Of a stretch of DNA of 64,000 nucleotides, positions 1-8,343 are shown one piece after another (positions within the stretch are counted from its first letter, which is position 1; every line of letters starts with the position of its first letter). The stretch lies in NCBI GenBank assembly GCA_963733095.1, contig CAVTBV010000003.1, positions 1 through 64,000 of the forward strand, given 5' to 3'. Both the position numbers and the translations under genes were made by a program. The notes beneath the pieces are model-generated. The model did no database searches, was not told the origin of the DNA, and worked only from the letters and a program-made list of their open reading frames with translations. The stretch comes from Candidatus Bathyarchaeota archaeon (GTDB taxonomy: Archaea > Thermoproteota > Bathyarchaeia > Bathyarchaeales > Bathycorpusculaceae).

Positions 1-122
1 CAATATTTACGTTCATTTGTACCGTCATTTTTCCCTTTCTTTTTCTTCTTAAATATAATTTTAACAATCCGAAAAAACTGCAACTTTGCCACTTCATCGG
101 ATGCTCTGCAGGAGAAAACTCC

Positions 123-365
123 ATGACAACCGAGTTTTACCTCAAGGGCATTTATCCTGTAGAGGTCCTCTCTGGCGTGCAAGATGGGTTAGTTGATGTT
201 CAGGCGAAAACTACTTTTCTGCATACCAGCGCCTATTCAGATGGGAAACGCCAGGTTCGAGTCGGTGTGACACAAAAGCGCTGGGTTAGAAAGGGAGAGG
301 TTTTGAAAGTTCCGTTTCGCCACGTTTGGTCACGTCGCCTTCAGATACCAAAGGGACATGTTTGA
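123..365 (+). CDS. small hypothetical protein
   Basis: 80-aa ORF, ATG start with GGAG upstream, stop immediately before tRNA-like repeat R1; no recognised motif. Confidence 0.45.
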   Translation: MTTEFYLKGIYPVEVLSGVQDGLVDVQAKTTFLHTSAYSDGKRQVRVGVTQKRWVRKGEVLKVPFRHVWSRRLQIPKGHV

Positions 366-368
366 TTA

Positions 369-418
369 TACGTGGGGTGGGATTTGAACCCCTTCTAGCC
401 TCGAGGTATCACTCGCAA
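369..418 (+). repeat. tRNA-3'-end-derived repeat R1
   Basis: CGTGGGGTGGGATTTGAACCC (antisense T-loop/acceptor strand, tRNA-Leu-like) followed by GAGGTATCACTCGC, similar to the R2/R3 arm. Confidence 0.75.
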
Positions 419-614
419 GCACTTCTTTTCTTTGTGCAGATGACTAAAAAGCGAAACACATTGGAACAAAAAAGCAGCCGCCAAATACTTTATTATTACC
501 CTATCCTTAATCGTCAATTGCCCGTATAGTTAAGTTCATCAGATAGAGGGAGCATTAAACGTAATTAATCGCTGGTATCATAATGAAGTCACTATCCTGA
601 AGGAGGCTTGAATC

Positions 615-1388
615 ACGGAATTCTTTGACCTTATGAGCATCTCACACCGCTATATGGAGATACTCAACCCTTCTACGTCTGAAAAAATCATCCAACTCGG
701 CAAACTGCTCAAGTTGAAAAAAGGTAGTCGAGTTATCGACTTCGGTTGTGGCTGCGCCGAACCTCTTACTCTCTGGGCTGAGGAATTCGGAATCACCGGC
801 ATTGGCATCGATATATCACGGGATTTCTGCGACCGGGCCAGAGATAAGCTAGCCAAGAGAGGGTTGGCGGGTCAAATCGAAATCGTATGCTCCCCCGCGG
901 CTGACTACGTGTTCGAAGAGGGGGCTTTCGATGCCGCAACATGTATTGGGGCAACTTTTGTTTTTGGCGGCTTCCAGCAGACAATCCAGGCGATGAAGCG
1001 GGCCGTGCATCAGAATGGACGCCTCGGCATCGGTGAAACTCACTGGCTTAGCAATCAAGTACATCCGCAATATGCCCAAAAACAGACAACTACACACACC
1101 GAACCAGAACTGGCTCAATTTACCCGAAACGAAGGCTTTGAACTCGAATATATCATCCGTTCCAGCCGCGTTGACTGGGACAGGTACATTTCGGACAGTT
1201 GGTATGGACTGATACGTTGGCTTGAAGAAAATCCCAACCACCCTGATCATGAACAGGTATTCAGATACTTCCGTACTGACCAGGATGATTATTTACAGTT
1301 CCAAAGTCAATATATGGGCTGGGCTATGTACTGCCTCACCCCTCTGAAAGCTCATCTGCCAGGAGGTCAATTATATTATGAATTTTGA
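615..1388 (+). CDS. class I SAM-dependent methyltransferase (YjhP-like)
   Basis: VIDFGCGCAE motif I, GIDIS, FDAATCIGA; first ATG at 633, in-frame ACG at 615 lies 8 nt after AGGAGG. Confidence 0.85.
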   Translation, partial: TEFFDLMSISHRYMEILNPSTSEKIIQLGKLLKLKKGSRVIDFGCGCAEPLTLWAEEFGITGIGIDISRDFCDRARDKLAKRGLAGQIEIVCSPAADYVFEEGAFDAATCIGATFVFGGFQQTIQAMKRAVHQNGRLGIGETHWLSNQVHPQYAQKQTTTHTEPELAQFTRNEGFELEYIIRSSRVDWDRYISDSWYGLIRWLEENPNHPDHEQVFRYFRTDQDDYLQFQSQYMGWAMYCLTPLKAHLPGGQLYYEF

Positions 1389-1512
1389 TCCTCATGAGTC
1401 ACCTTTTTATGGGCAGGTTGCCTCTTTCATAAGCGTTTTATCAAGCGAGCAAGTTTAATCATCAGAAAATAGTTTTTCAGGAAGAGACATTTGATTTTCT
1501 AGTACCGAAACA

Positions 1513-1563
1513 GGTGCAGGGGGTGGGATTCGAACCCTCTGTGAATGGAGATGTCACCCGCGC
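1513..1563 (+). repeat. tRNA-3'-end-derived repeat R2
   Basis: Reverse complement of 1513-1537 is GGGTTCGAATCCCACCCCCTGCACC (tRNA T-loop plus acceptor 3' strand); 1532-1561 is identical to 3557-3586. Confidence 0.9.
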
Positions 1564-1639
1564 AATCCTCTTTCTTCTTGGCAATAACCTGATAAGCAGT
1601 CCAAATCTATAGATTCGTTAAACGTGGTGGATTGAGGAT

Positions 1640-2137
1640 ATGGATTCATTTAAGGAATCTATGAGTGAATATAGAAGGCAGCTCGAGAAGGGAACTATTC
1701 AAAGGGCATACCGAGGATTAATGGATTATATTATGGAGTTGAGGTCGTATTTTGAAAAGAAGTATCCTGACTATTCGGTATCGGGAAGCATCTATTTGGG
1801 CTATATGGATATGACGTATTTTTCTTTCTTTCCAAAGTCGCTGAAACTTCGAGGACTAAAAGTTGGGATAGTCTTTGTCCATGAAAGATTTAGATTTGAA
1901 GTCTGGCTATTCGGATGCAACAAAGGCTTCCAAGCAAAGTATTGGAAAATGTTCAAAGAAAGCAGCTGGAACAAATACCGAATTCCACCAACGACAAAAG
2001 GCGTCGATTCCATTCTCGAGAACATTCTGGTTGAAAATCCAGATTTCAGCGACTCAGATGCATTGACCCAGCAAATTGAGACAGGGACATTGAGGTTCAT
2101 AGATGATGTCGAGAACTTTTTATCCAAAAATGGCTAA
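1640..2137 (+). CDS. conserved hypothetical protein
   Basis: 165-aa ORF with GAGG upstream and protein-like composition (GYMDMTYFSF, FEVWL). Confidence 0.75.
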   Translation: MDSFKESMSEYRRQLEKGTIQRAYRGLMDYIMELRSYFEKKYPDYSVSGSIYLGYMDMTYFSFFPKSLKLRGLKVGIVFVHERFRFEVWLFGCNKGFQAKYWKMFKESSWNKYRIPPTTKGVDSILENILVENPDFSDSDALTQQIETGTLRFIDDVENFLSKNG

Positions 2138-2149
2138 AGGAGACTAGAA

Positions 2150-3088
2150 ATGGAAGTTGCAATCAAGACATTGCTTGGCACATGCAATGAAGCATTAATA
2201 GCATTTACAAGGCGGAACTTGCTTGGAGAAGAGGTGGACATAGAAGAATTATGTAATCTGCCAAGAGTGAAAAGAATACTAAAAAACCAACAATCAAATG
2301 GTTCATGGATATACCCAAATAAGAACGCTACATTGCGTTCACCCACAAATTACAACCAATATCAAACATACAAGACAATAGCAGAATTAGTGGAATTCTA
2401 CGGATTAAACAAAAAACACAACGCAATAAGGAATGCGGCTGATTACTTATTTTCGTTCCAGACAAAAGAAGGAGAATTCAGGGGAATGTACGGAAACCAG
2501 TACAGCCCCAACTACAGTGCGAGCATCACAGAATTCCTGATAAAAGCAGGATATGAAGGCACTATAATTGAGAAATCACTTAACTGGTTACTTAGAATGA
2601 CGCAGGATGATGGAGGATGGGCTATTCCCCTAAGAACCAGAAACAGAGAATTAGAAGCTCTAAATGAGAAGGAAACAATTGAGCCAGATAGAACAAAACC
2701 ATTCTCTCACCTAGTTACAGGTATTGTGTTAAGACCATTTTCTCTAATGTCTGCATACAGAAGTAAAGTAAAGGACGCAGCACTGCTATTGGCGGAAAGG
2801 GTCTTTACTCGAGACAAGTACTCGGACAGAACGGGAGTTGAGTATTGGACCAAATTCACTTTTCCATATCACTGGACAGATATACTGTCAACGATAGACA
2901 CGCTGACACTTCTTGGAATTAATAATCATCCAAAAATCAATGAAATAATGCATTGGTTTGAGAAGCAAAAACAAGATAATGGAATATACGACGTAAGTGT
3001 GATGGCTGGAGCTAAGTACAAAGACGTAAACTACTGGATAACCTTGCAATACTTAACTGTGCTCAAAAGAATTATTCAGGTTGGATAG
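2150..3088 (+). CDS. prenyltransferase/squalene oxidase repeat-like alpha/alpha-barrel protein
   Basis: Repeated QW-type motifs QQSNGSW, QTKEGEF, QDDGGW, QDNGIY. Confidence 0.75.
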   Translation: MEVAIKTLLGTCNEALIAFTRRNLLGEEVDIEELCNLPRVKRILKNQQSNGSWIYPNKNATLRSPTNYNQYQTYKTIAELVEFYGLNKKHNAIRNAADYLFSFQTKEGEFRGMYGNQYSPNYSASITEFLIKAGYEGTIIEKSLNWLLRMTQDDGGWAIPLRTRNRELEALNEKETIEPDRTKPFSHLVTGIVLRPFSLMSAYRSKVKDAALLLAERVFTRDKYSDRTGVEYWTKFTFPYHWTDILSTIDTLTLLGINNHPKINEIMHWFEKQKQDNGIYDVSVMAGAKYKDVNYWITLQYLTVLKRIIQVG

Positions 3089-3108
3089 CAGGGAAAGAGT
3101 GAAGCATA

Positions 3109-3456
3109 ATGGACAATCAAGTGGATGTTTACATAGAGAAGCAAAAATTACCCCAGAGAGAAATCCTGAAAGAAGTTAGAAAAATCTTCATAGAAACACT
3201 TCCAGACTGTCAAGAAAAAATAATGTGGGGAGTCGTAACGTTTGCGGATGGCAAATTCTATATTGCGGCGATGAGGAATCGTGTTCATGTCGGTTTTGCA
3301 GTCACGGGTTTAAGCGATGAGGAGATTGGACTGTTTGAGGGGAACGGTAAAACAATGAGGCACATAAAAGTTCCCACAATTGAGAGTATTAACAGGGAAA
3401 GCCTTGTTAAGCTGATAAAAATGGTGGACAAAAAGGCAATCTGCAAACCATACTAA
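3109..3456 (+). CDS. DUF1801 (YdhG-like) domain protein
   Basis: VDVYIE..., EKIMWG, HVGF, EGNGKTMRHIK pattern. Confidence 0.8.
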   Translation: MDNQVDVYIEKQKLPQREILKEVRKIFIETLPDCQEKIMWGVVTFADGKFYIAAMRNRVHVGFAVTGLSDEEIGLFEGNGKTMRHIKVPTIESINRESLVKLIKMVDKKAICKPY

Positions 3457-3553
3457 GGTTCATTCCTCGTCAACGTTGAAGGCAGCAGAATTTAATTTAA
3501 GGCCTTGGTGAGGATAGAGAACAAACCCCCTGCAGTCTACGCATTAGGATTGC

Positions 3554-3589
3554 TTTGAACCCTCTGTGAATGGAGATGTCACCCGCACC
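3554..3589 (+). repeat. tRNA-3'-end-derived repeat R3 (5'-truncated)
   Basis: GAACCCTCTGTGAATGGAGATGTCACCCGC, 30/30 identical to R2. Confidence 0.9.
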
Positions 3590-3884
3590 GTCCCATTTTT
3601 CTTTGTCAATCAGGGTGAATTTGGTATTGCTGATTCCGCAATAACCGTTATATGTCGATTAAGCTAACCTTGACTTGCGTGGGCCGCAACCTACGAGTAT
3701 GAACGCTCCTTTGGCTTTGCTTGAGGAAGGAACGGTACCCTGAGCTTCGGCAAGACGGGAGGCGTATTTCACCCCAAAACCGCATTTAAGTCCAGATAAG
3801 GCAACGTTGGAACTCGCTTGCCTCGCCCATGCACTATTTATTTTCATCCGAGTTTTGTCTGAACTTAGAAATTGTTTGTATTCC

Positions 3885-4150
3885 TTATTTGGCAGGTACC
3901 AAGTTCTGAATCGTTGGTGCAAGTATCTCTGCTTCTTGTGGTCTAACCCAGTTCATTATTGACGAGTAAATGCTTGCCCTATTCGAGCTTAACACAGTAA
4001 TAACGATACCGTACTTCAATTTTTGATGTACAGGAAGCTTTGAGAAATGAGGGCTAACATCAATCGTCCATGAACCTCTACTTCCTCTTTCTATTGTTAC
4101 TTTTTCTTTGAAAGTGAGTTGCTTCTTGTTTCCAATCCGTATTCCCTTTT
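3885..4150 (-). pseudogene. possible C-terminal remnant of an S8-family (IetS-like) peptidase
   Basis: GSWTIDV...QKLKYGIVITV...IYSSI resembles C-termini of AAA-associated S8 peptidases; no credible start or catalytic region. Confidence 0.35.
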
Positions 4151-4261
4151 TTAAGGGTGTCACCCTACACTTCTTTAGGCAGCCAAATTGATGTATGCAA
4201 CTCGAAAGACACACAAGCAAAAAATAATCAAGAAATAGAATTAATTCAAAAGGTGATAGAA

Positions 4262-4705
4262 TTGAAAAAGTCGAAGGCTCTTTCTATAGCTTTTGTTGTT
4301 ATTTCAGTAGCGTTAATTTGCTGGACAATTCTTGTTGTTGCGGCAGAGAGCGGATTTTTTGTTTGCAATGGTTGGGCATCTGATAATCCATCCTTAGTAG
4401 GGGTTAGGAAAGCGGATGGCTATTACAACATTTCTTTTGCTTTTTCAAGTGCAAACTATACCAGACAGCTACAAAACGTCTTGATTAATCCTAACAGTAA
4501 CAATGAAGTTGTCGGTTTAAAGGGATACATCAACGGCACTGCGGTTAACGAAGAAAACCCTGTTTTCAGTTCTTTGATTAACAAAGGAGATAGCCTTCAA
4601 GTCAACTTATTAATTCCCAGTGCAGATTTTCATTCGGGAACTAACATCGATGTGCAGGTACTCGGAGATTGCTTCGGAAGCAGTGGAACAATTCTACTCC
4701 CTTAA
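4262..4705 (+). CDS. exported/membrane-anchored hypothetical protein
   Basis: TTG after GGTGA; basic N-terminus, hydrophobic helix and beta-rich C-terminal domain. Confidence 0.7.
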   Translation: MKKSKALSIAFVVISVALICWTILVVAAESGFFVCNGWASDNPSLVGVRKADGYYNISFAFSSANYTRQLQNVLINPNSNNEVVGLKGYINGTAVNEENPVFSSLINKGDSLQVNLLIPSADFHSGTNIDVQVLGDCFGSSGTILLP

Positions 4706-4819
4706 ATTATATCACTATAAATCGGCTTGTCTGATAATTGTTTGAAGCTTTAATAAAATCAAAAACTGATTTTAATTATCGGTAATTTTAAAAAAATATT
4801 TTTTTCTTAGCATATTAGA

Positions 4820-4944
4820 AGAAGTAGAACATAGCATTTTCATTTTCAACTACTTCTCTTAGCCTTTGGTAACAATATGCGCTGACCTCAGCATAGCCTC
4901 GTTAGAAGTAGTCGTCTAGTAGCGCTATAGGACTACTACTTCTA
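4820..4944. repeat. two inverted pairs of AGAAGTAG/CTACTTCT
   Basis: AGAAGTAG at 4820 and 4904, CTACTTCT at 4850 and 4936; AT-rich tract at ~4740-4810. Confidence 0.7.
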
Positions 4945-4956
4945 TCGAAAGCCCAG

Positions 4957-5014
4957 AGAAGTTGTTGTTGCTGCTGCTGCAACTGCATTCTGCACACCGG
5001 TTGCAACAACAACT
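4957..5014. repeat. palindromic dispersed element, copy A
   Basis: Perfect 12-bp inverted repeat AGTTGTTGTTGC (4960-4971)/GCAACAACAACT (5003-5014); near-identical inverted copy at 45864-45915. Confidence 0.85.
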
Positions 5015-5166
5015 AAGTTAAACCGCAACTGCAAAGATATCGAGTATTCTCCTATATGTGGAAGAATTCGACACAAAAACTCTCTTCAGTAGCTGGAAAC
5101 CGTCAAACCCGACAAAATTCACGGATCATTCAAGTAGTGGATTCCTTATCAGTCAAATTTTGCATC

Positions 5167-5898
5167 TCACTTCCACTTCGTTAAAATCTCCTCTCGCTTG
5201 AAAGTAGATCTGCTCAAAAAGTGAAAGACCACATCAATGACCAAAACAACGCCAGCGAAAATCAGAAGGTTATCGATACTGAACGCAAAAAGTCCTTCCG
5301 CTCCAGCAAAGAAAACAGCCACAAACGGGATAAACATGAGACCAGCAATCTGGTTTGCACCCCGAACGTCGCTTACCCGCGACGATGCCATTACTGCAAC
5401 TTCAATACTGAGAACTGCTGCCAATGGAGCGAGAAGTAACAGCATAACACCTGCATTCCAGTTGGGAAAATAATAGTAGCCCAACCCTCCATTGTACAGT
5501 ATATAGTCTGTTAAGGTCATGAAGATGGATGCTCCTGCCCACGTGGATAAAACAGGCGGTATGAAAGCTGCTATGCTTTTTCCAAGCAGAATTTCTTCAT
5601 CTGTGGTCGGCGTTGCAAGCAACGGTTCCAATGTTTTCTCAACTTTTTCACCCACAATACTGTAGGCTGCAATCGTGCTGGGAAGAACAGTTGCTAAGAT
5701 AACGAAGAGGTATATGATTGATTCGGCACCCAACGATATCGTACCGGGAATTCCATTGGCTATTTGGCTCTTGAGGACAAATGAGAAAACGACTGCAATT
5801 AGCAGGGGAAGCCCAACAGTATAGAAGATTATGCTTCTTTTTCTGCGGATCACCTTCAACTCTTTACGCGCTATCTTCCACGGCATCCAAGTGGTCAT
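5167..5898 (-). CDS. ABC-2 type transporter permease
   Basis: IARKELK start, SIVGEKVEKTLEPLLATP motif, about 6 TM helices. Confidence 0.9.
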   Translation of the reverse strand: MTTWMPWKIARKELKVIRRKRSIIFYTVGLPLLIAVVFSFVLKSQIANGIPGTISLGAESIIYLFVILATVLPSTIAAYSIVGEKVEKTLEPLLATPTTDEEILLGKSIAAFIPPVLSTWAGASIFMTLTDYILYNGGLGYYYFPNWNAGVMLLLLAPLAAVLSIEVAVMASSRVSDVRGANQIAGLMFIPFVAVFFAGAEGLFAFSIDNLLIFAGVVLVIDVVFHFLSRSTFKREEILTKWK

Positions 5899-6818
5899 TG
5901 CGCATTCTCCCTCACCAATTTCAGGTAAGCATCTTCTAACGAACTACTGCTCACCGTAACCGTTTCGATTCCTCCTCCTGCAGCAGCAACCGCGCTCACA
6001 ATGTCAGGGTTCTCTTCCTTGGGATCCTCGACATCTAGCGTCAGCTTATTACCCTCCACAACCATATTCTTAACTTGCAATTTCTCCAATGCACCAAGAA
6101 TCGCTTCAGTAACCTGCCTCAACTGGATAACAGTCTTTTTACCATGAATCGACTGTTCGAGCTCCTCAGGAGTGCCTATCGCCATCAAACGAGTATTCAA
6201 GATACCCATCCTATCACAGACTCTCTGAGCTTCGTCAAGATTATGTGTATTCAGAAAAATAGTCTTCTTCTGTTTCTTCAATTCAAGGATAAATTCTCTA
6301 ACGGTCTTTGCAGACTCAGGGTCAAGGTTTGCCGTGGGCTCATCCATGAAAACTATCTCGGGGTTATGAATCAGAGCACGTGCTATCGCCAGCTTCTGTT
6401 TCATTCCCTTCGAGAACGCCCCTGCTAAAACATTTCTTTTCTCCCAAAGTCCAAGCAACTTTAAGAAGTACTCATTACTCTCCTTGCGCTGGGAGTCAGT
6501 CAGCCTATACAGAGTCCCATAGTAATCCAAGTTCTCATATGCGGTGAGAGACTCATAGAGACCCACGTTATCGGGAACAAGCCCAATCATCTTCCTAATC
6601 TTCAAAGCATTTTCTGGTTGACCGACATCATAACCACCGACTCTGGCGTTCCCACTGGTCTTAGCAATCAGACAGCAAAGTATTCTAACCGTTGTAGTTT
6701 TTCCTGCCCCGTTAGGTCCCAGAAAACCAAATATTTCCCCCTTATTCACTTTAAAAGTCACGCCATCAACTGCCGTGAGGTTACCGAACTTTCTGGTAAG
6801 GTTTTCTGTCTCGATCAT
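5895..6818 (-). CDS. ABC transporter ATP-binding protein
   Basis: GPNGAGKTT Walker A, FSKGMKQK signature, VFMDEPT Walker B. Confidence 0.95.
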   Translation of the reverse strand: MIETENLTRKFGNLTAVDGVTFKVNKGEIFGFLGPNGAGKTTTVRILCCLIAKTSGNARVGGYDVGQPENALKIRKMIGLVPDNVGLYESLTAYENLDYYGTLYRLTDSQRKESNEYFLKLLGLWEKRNVLAGAFSKGMKQKLAIARALIHNPEIVFMDEPTANLDPESAKTVREFILELKKQKKTIFLNTHNLDEAQRVCDRMGILNTRLMAIGTPEELEQSIHGKKTVIQLRQVTEAILGALEKLQVKNMVVEGNKLTLDVEDPKEENPDIVSAVAAAGGGIETVTVSSSSLEDAYLKLVRENAQ

Positions 6819-6904
6819 ACCAAGCCGCTACCATCACTTTATCCTAAAGATAACTAAAATGGGAAGAATAATGCCAACCTTTGCAATACCCATCCCCAAT
6901 TTTC

Positions 6905-7852
6905 CTATAACCGCTGGCGTGTCGGTCGTTTTGGAGGTTCATCCGATTGTGGTCTTTGCGCATTAGGGTTTGGTTCATTTTCTGTTAGAAGCTTCTTTAA
7001 TCGCCAGACCGTTACATCGCGGTCGTTGGGTTGTTGGTGCATCCACAATTCGCGGTTCTCACGGAACTCTTGCCCCGTGATTTTTCCCTTTGATTGCAGT
7101 TCAGCTAGTAGTTTAACGAATGCTCTTAGCTCCAACTGCTCGTTAGTTACCACGTTTATGGTTTTTCCTTCACCTGACGGATTGACTGTGGGTTTTTCGC
7201 TGTCTGGCGGCGAGTAAGTATTGAATAAGAAAACTGCAAAGTACAAAGCATCCCAGCCTCGAGTTAACGGTAAACTGTTTTTGGCTTTTAACAATTCAAC
7301 GGTATAGCGTTCATATTCTTGCCCAAGCGAAAGATACTTGGTTTGTCCGCTAGGTGCATCGCTTACGCGGTTAACGAAATGCCGCAGATGTTGATTGCTA
7401 AAAACAGGCAAGACTGTTCCGCTTTCATAATTGAAGCAGAATATGATTTCTTTAGCAAGCTGTTTGTCTTGTCCTAAACCGCCTATTCTTTCCCAAGGTG
7501 CATCAACTTTTTGGGCTAAAGACCTTCGACTGTCCACTGCGGAGCGAAGTAGGTTTTTGAAGTCTCCGATTTGTAGACGAGCGTTGCGGTAAACATTTGA
7601 GCCATTACCCGTTGCTGCTCCGAGAGGTTTAAGGGAGCTTTCTAGAAAATGGAAGAATTCACCGACTTCATCAGGGTTTATCTTGAAGAGTTTATCGGGT
7701 TCTAACCATTCTATCGACCTTAGATTTTCGGTGAAAGGGTACTTCTGCCTAAACTCTTTGAGGACTGAAAGGGCTTTATCAACTTCAAAGCGAACCCCTT
7801 TGACTCTATCGTATGCTGCTGCTTTTTCTTGCATTGTATTGATTGGGGACAT
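6905..7852 (-). CDS. hypothetical protein (possible HhH-like motif and SHOCT-like C-terminal helix)
   Basis: 315-aa ORF; IGGLG motif; LQSKGKITGQEF resembles SHOCT. Confidence 0.7.
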   Translation of the reverse strand: MSPINTMQEKAAAYDRVKGVRFEVDKALSVLKEFRQKYPFTENLRSIEWLEPDKLFKINPDEVGEFFHFLESSLKPLGAATGNGSNVYRNARLQIGDFKNLLRSAVDSRRSLAQKVDAPWERIGGLGQDKQLAKEIIFCFNYESGTVLPVFSNQHLRHFVNRVSDAPSGQTKYLSLGQEYERYTVELLKAKNSLPLTRGWDALYFAVFLFNTYSPPDSEKPTVNPSGEGKTINVVTNEQLELRAFVKLLAELQSKGKITGQEFRENRELWMHQQPNDRDVTVWRLKKLLTENEPNPNAQRPQSDEPPKRPTRQRL

Positions 7853-7959
7853 TTTGCATCAACCAGAGGTTAATCAGATAATCATAGAACGCAGGTATAA
7901 CGGTTAAACCTTACCACACGGTGCTCCCAACCGAGACTAATTATTTCATTAACTTACAG

Positions 7960-8343
7960 TTAATGCAGCGCCAGACTAATCGTTAACACAATCAACACAA
8001 ACAGCGTAATGAGAACGTAATTGCGATTTTTCTCCCATGCAAAATAGACCACAGACGCTAACGCCCGAATATAGGGTGTCAAAATCAGAATTATCACACC
8101 CAACGTCATGAACAAGATTGCGCTTTCTGAAGCAAACAAGTTCTGAACTTTGTCGATTATGAACGCAAAAAAGTTCTCGCTTGTAATGAAGACATTTTGT
8201 GATTGGGAAATCTGGACGTTGCCATATGATTTGAAGTAGAGAGTTATTCCGGTGATTTCCAGTATAACGCTGGTGACGACGCCTATTATTAGTAGGTAGC
8301 TTATGATGGTTTCCAGTTTGGATTCGCCGCCCTCATCTGTCAT
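7960..8343 (-). CDS. DUF1634 family membrane protein
   Basis: 3 TM helices, LGVIILILTPYIR motif, coupled to a TauE gene. Confidence 0.85.
   Translation of the reverse strand: MTDEGGESKLETIISYLLIIGVVTSVILEITGITLYFKSYGNVQISQSQNVFITSENFFAFIIDKVQNLFASESAILFMTLGVIILILTPYIRALASVVYFAWEKNRNYVLITLFVLIVLTISLALH

Noticed and set aside
326-529. 67-aa ORF spanning R1
   Set aside because: Overlaps the preceding ORF and the repeat; no evidence of an independent gene.
369-3589. R1-R3 as functional tRNA genes or a CRISPR array
   Set aside because: No D or anticodon arms; spacing is 1-2 kb and contains whole genes, unlike CRISPR spacers.
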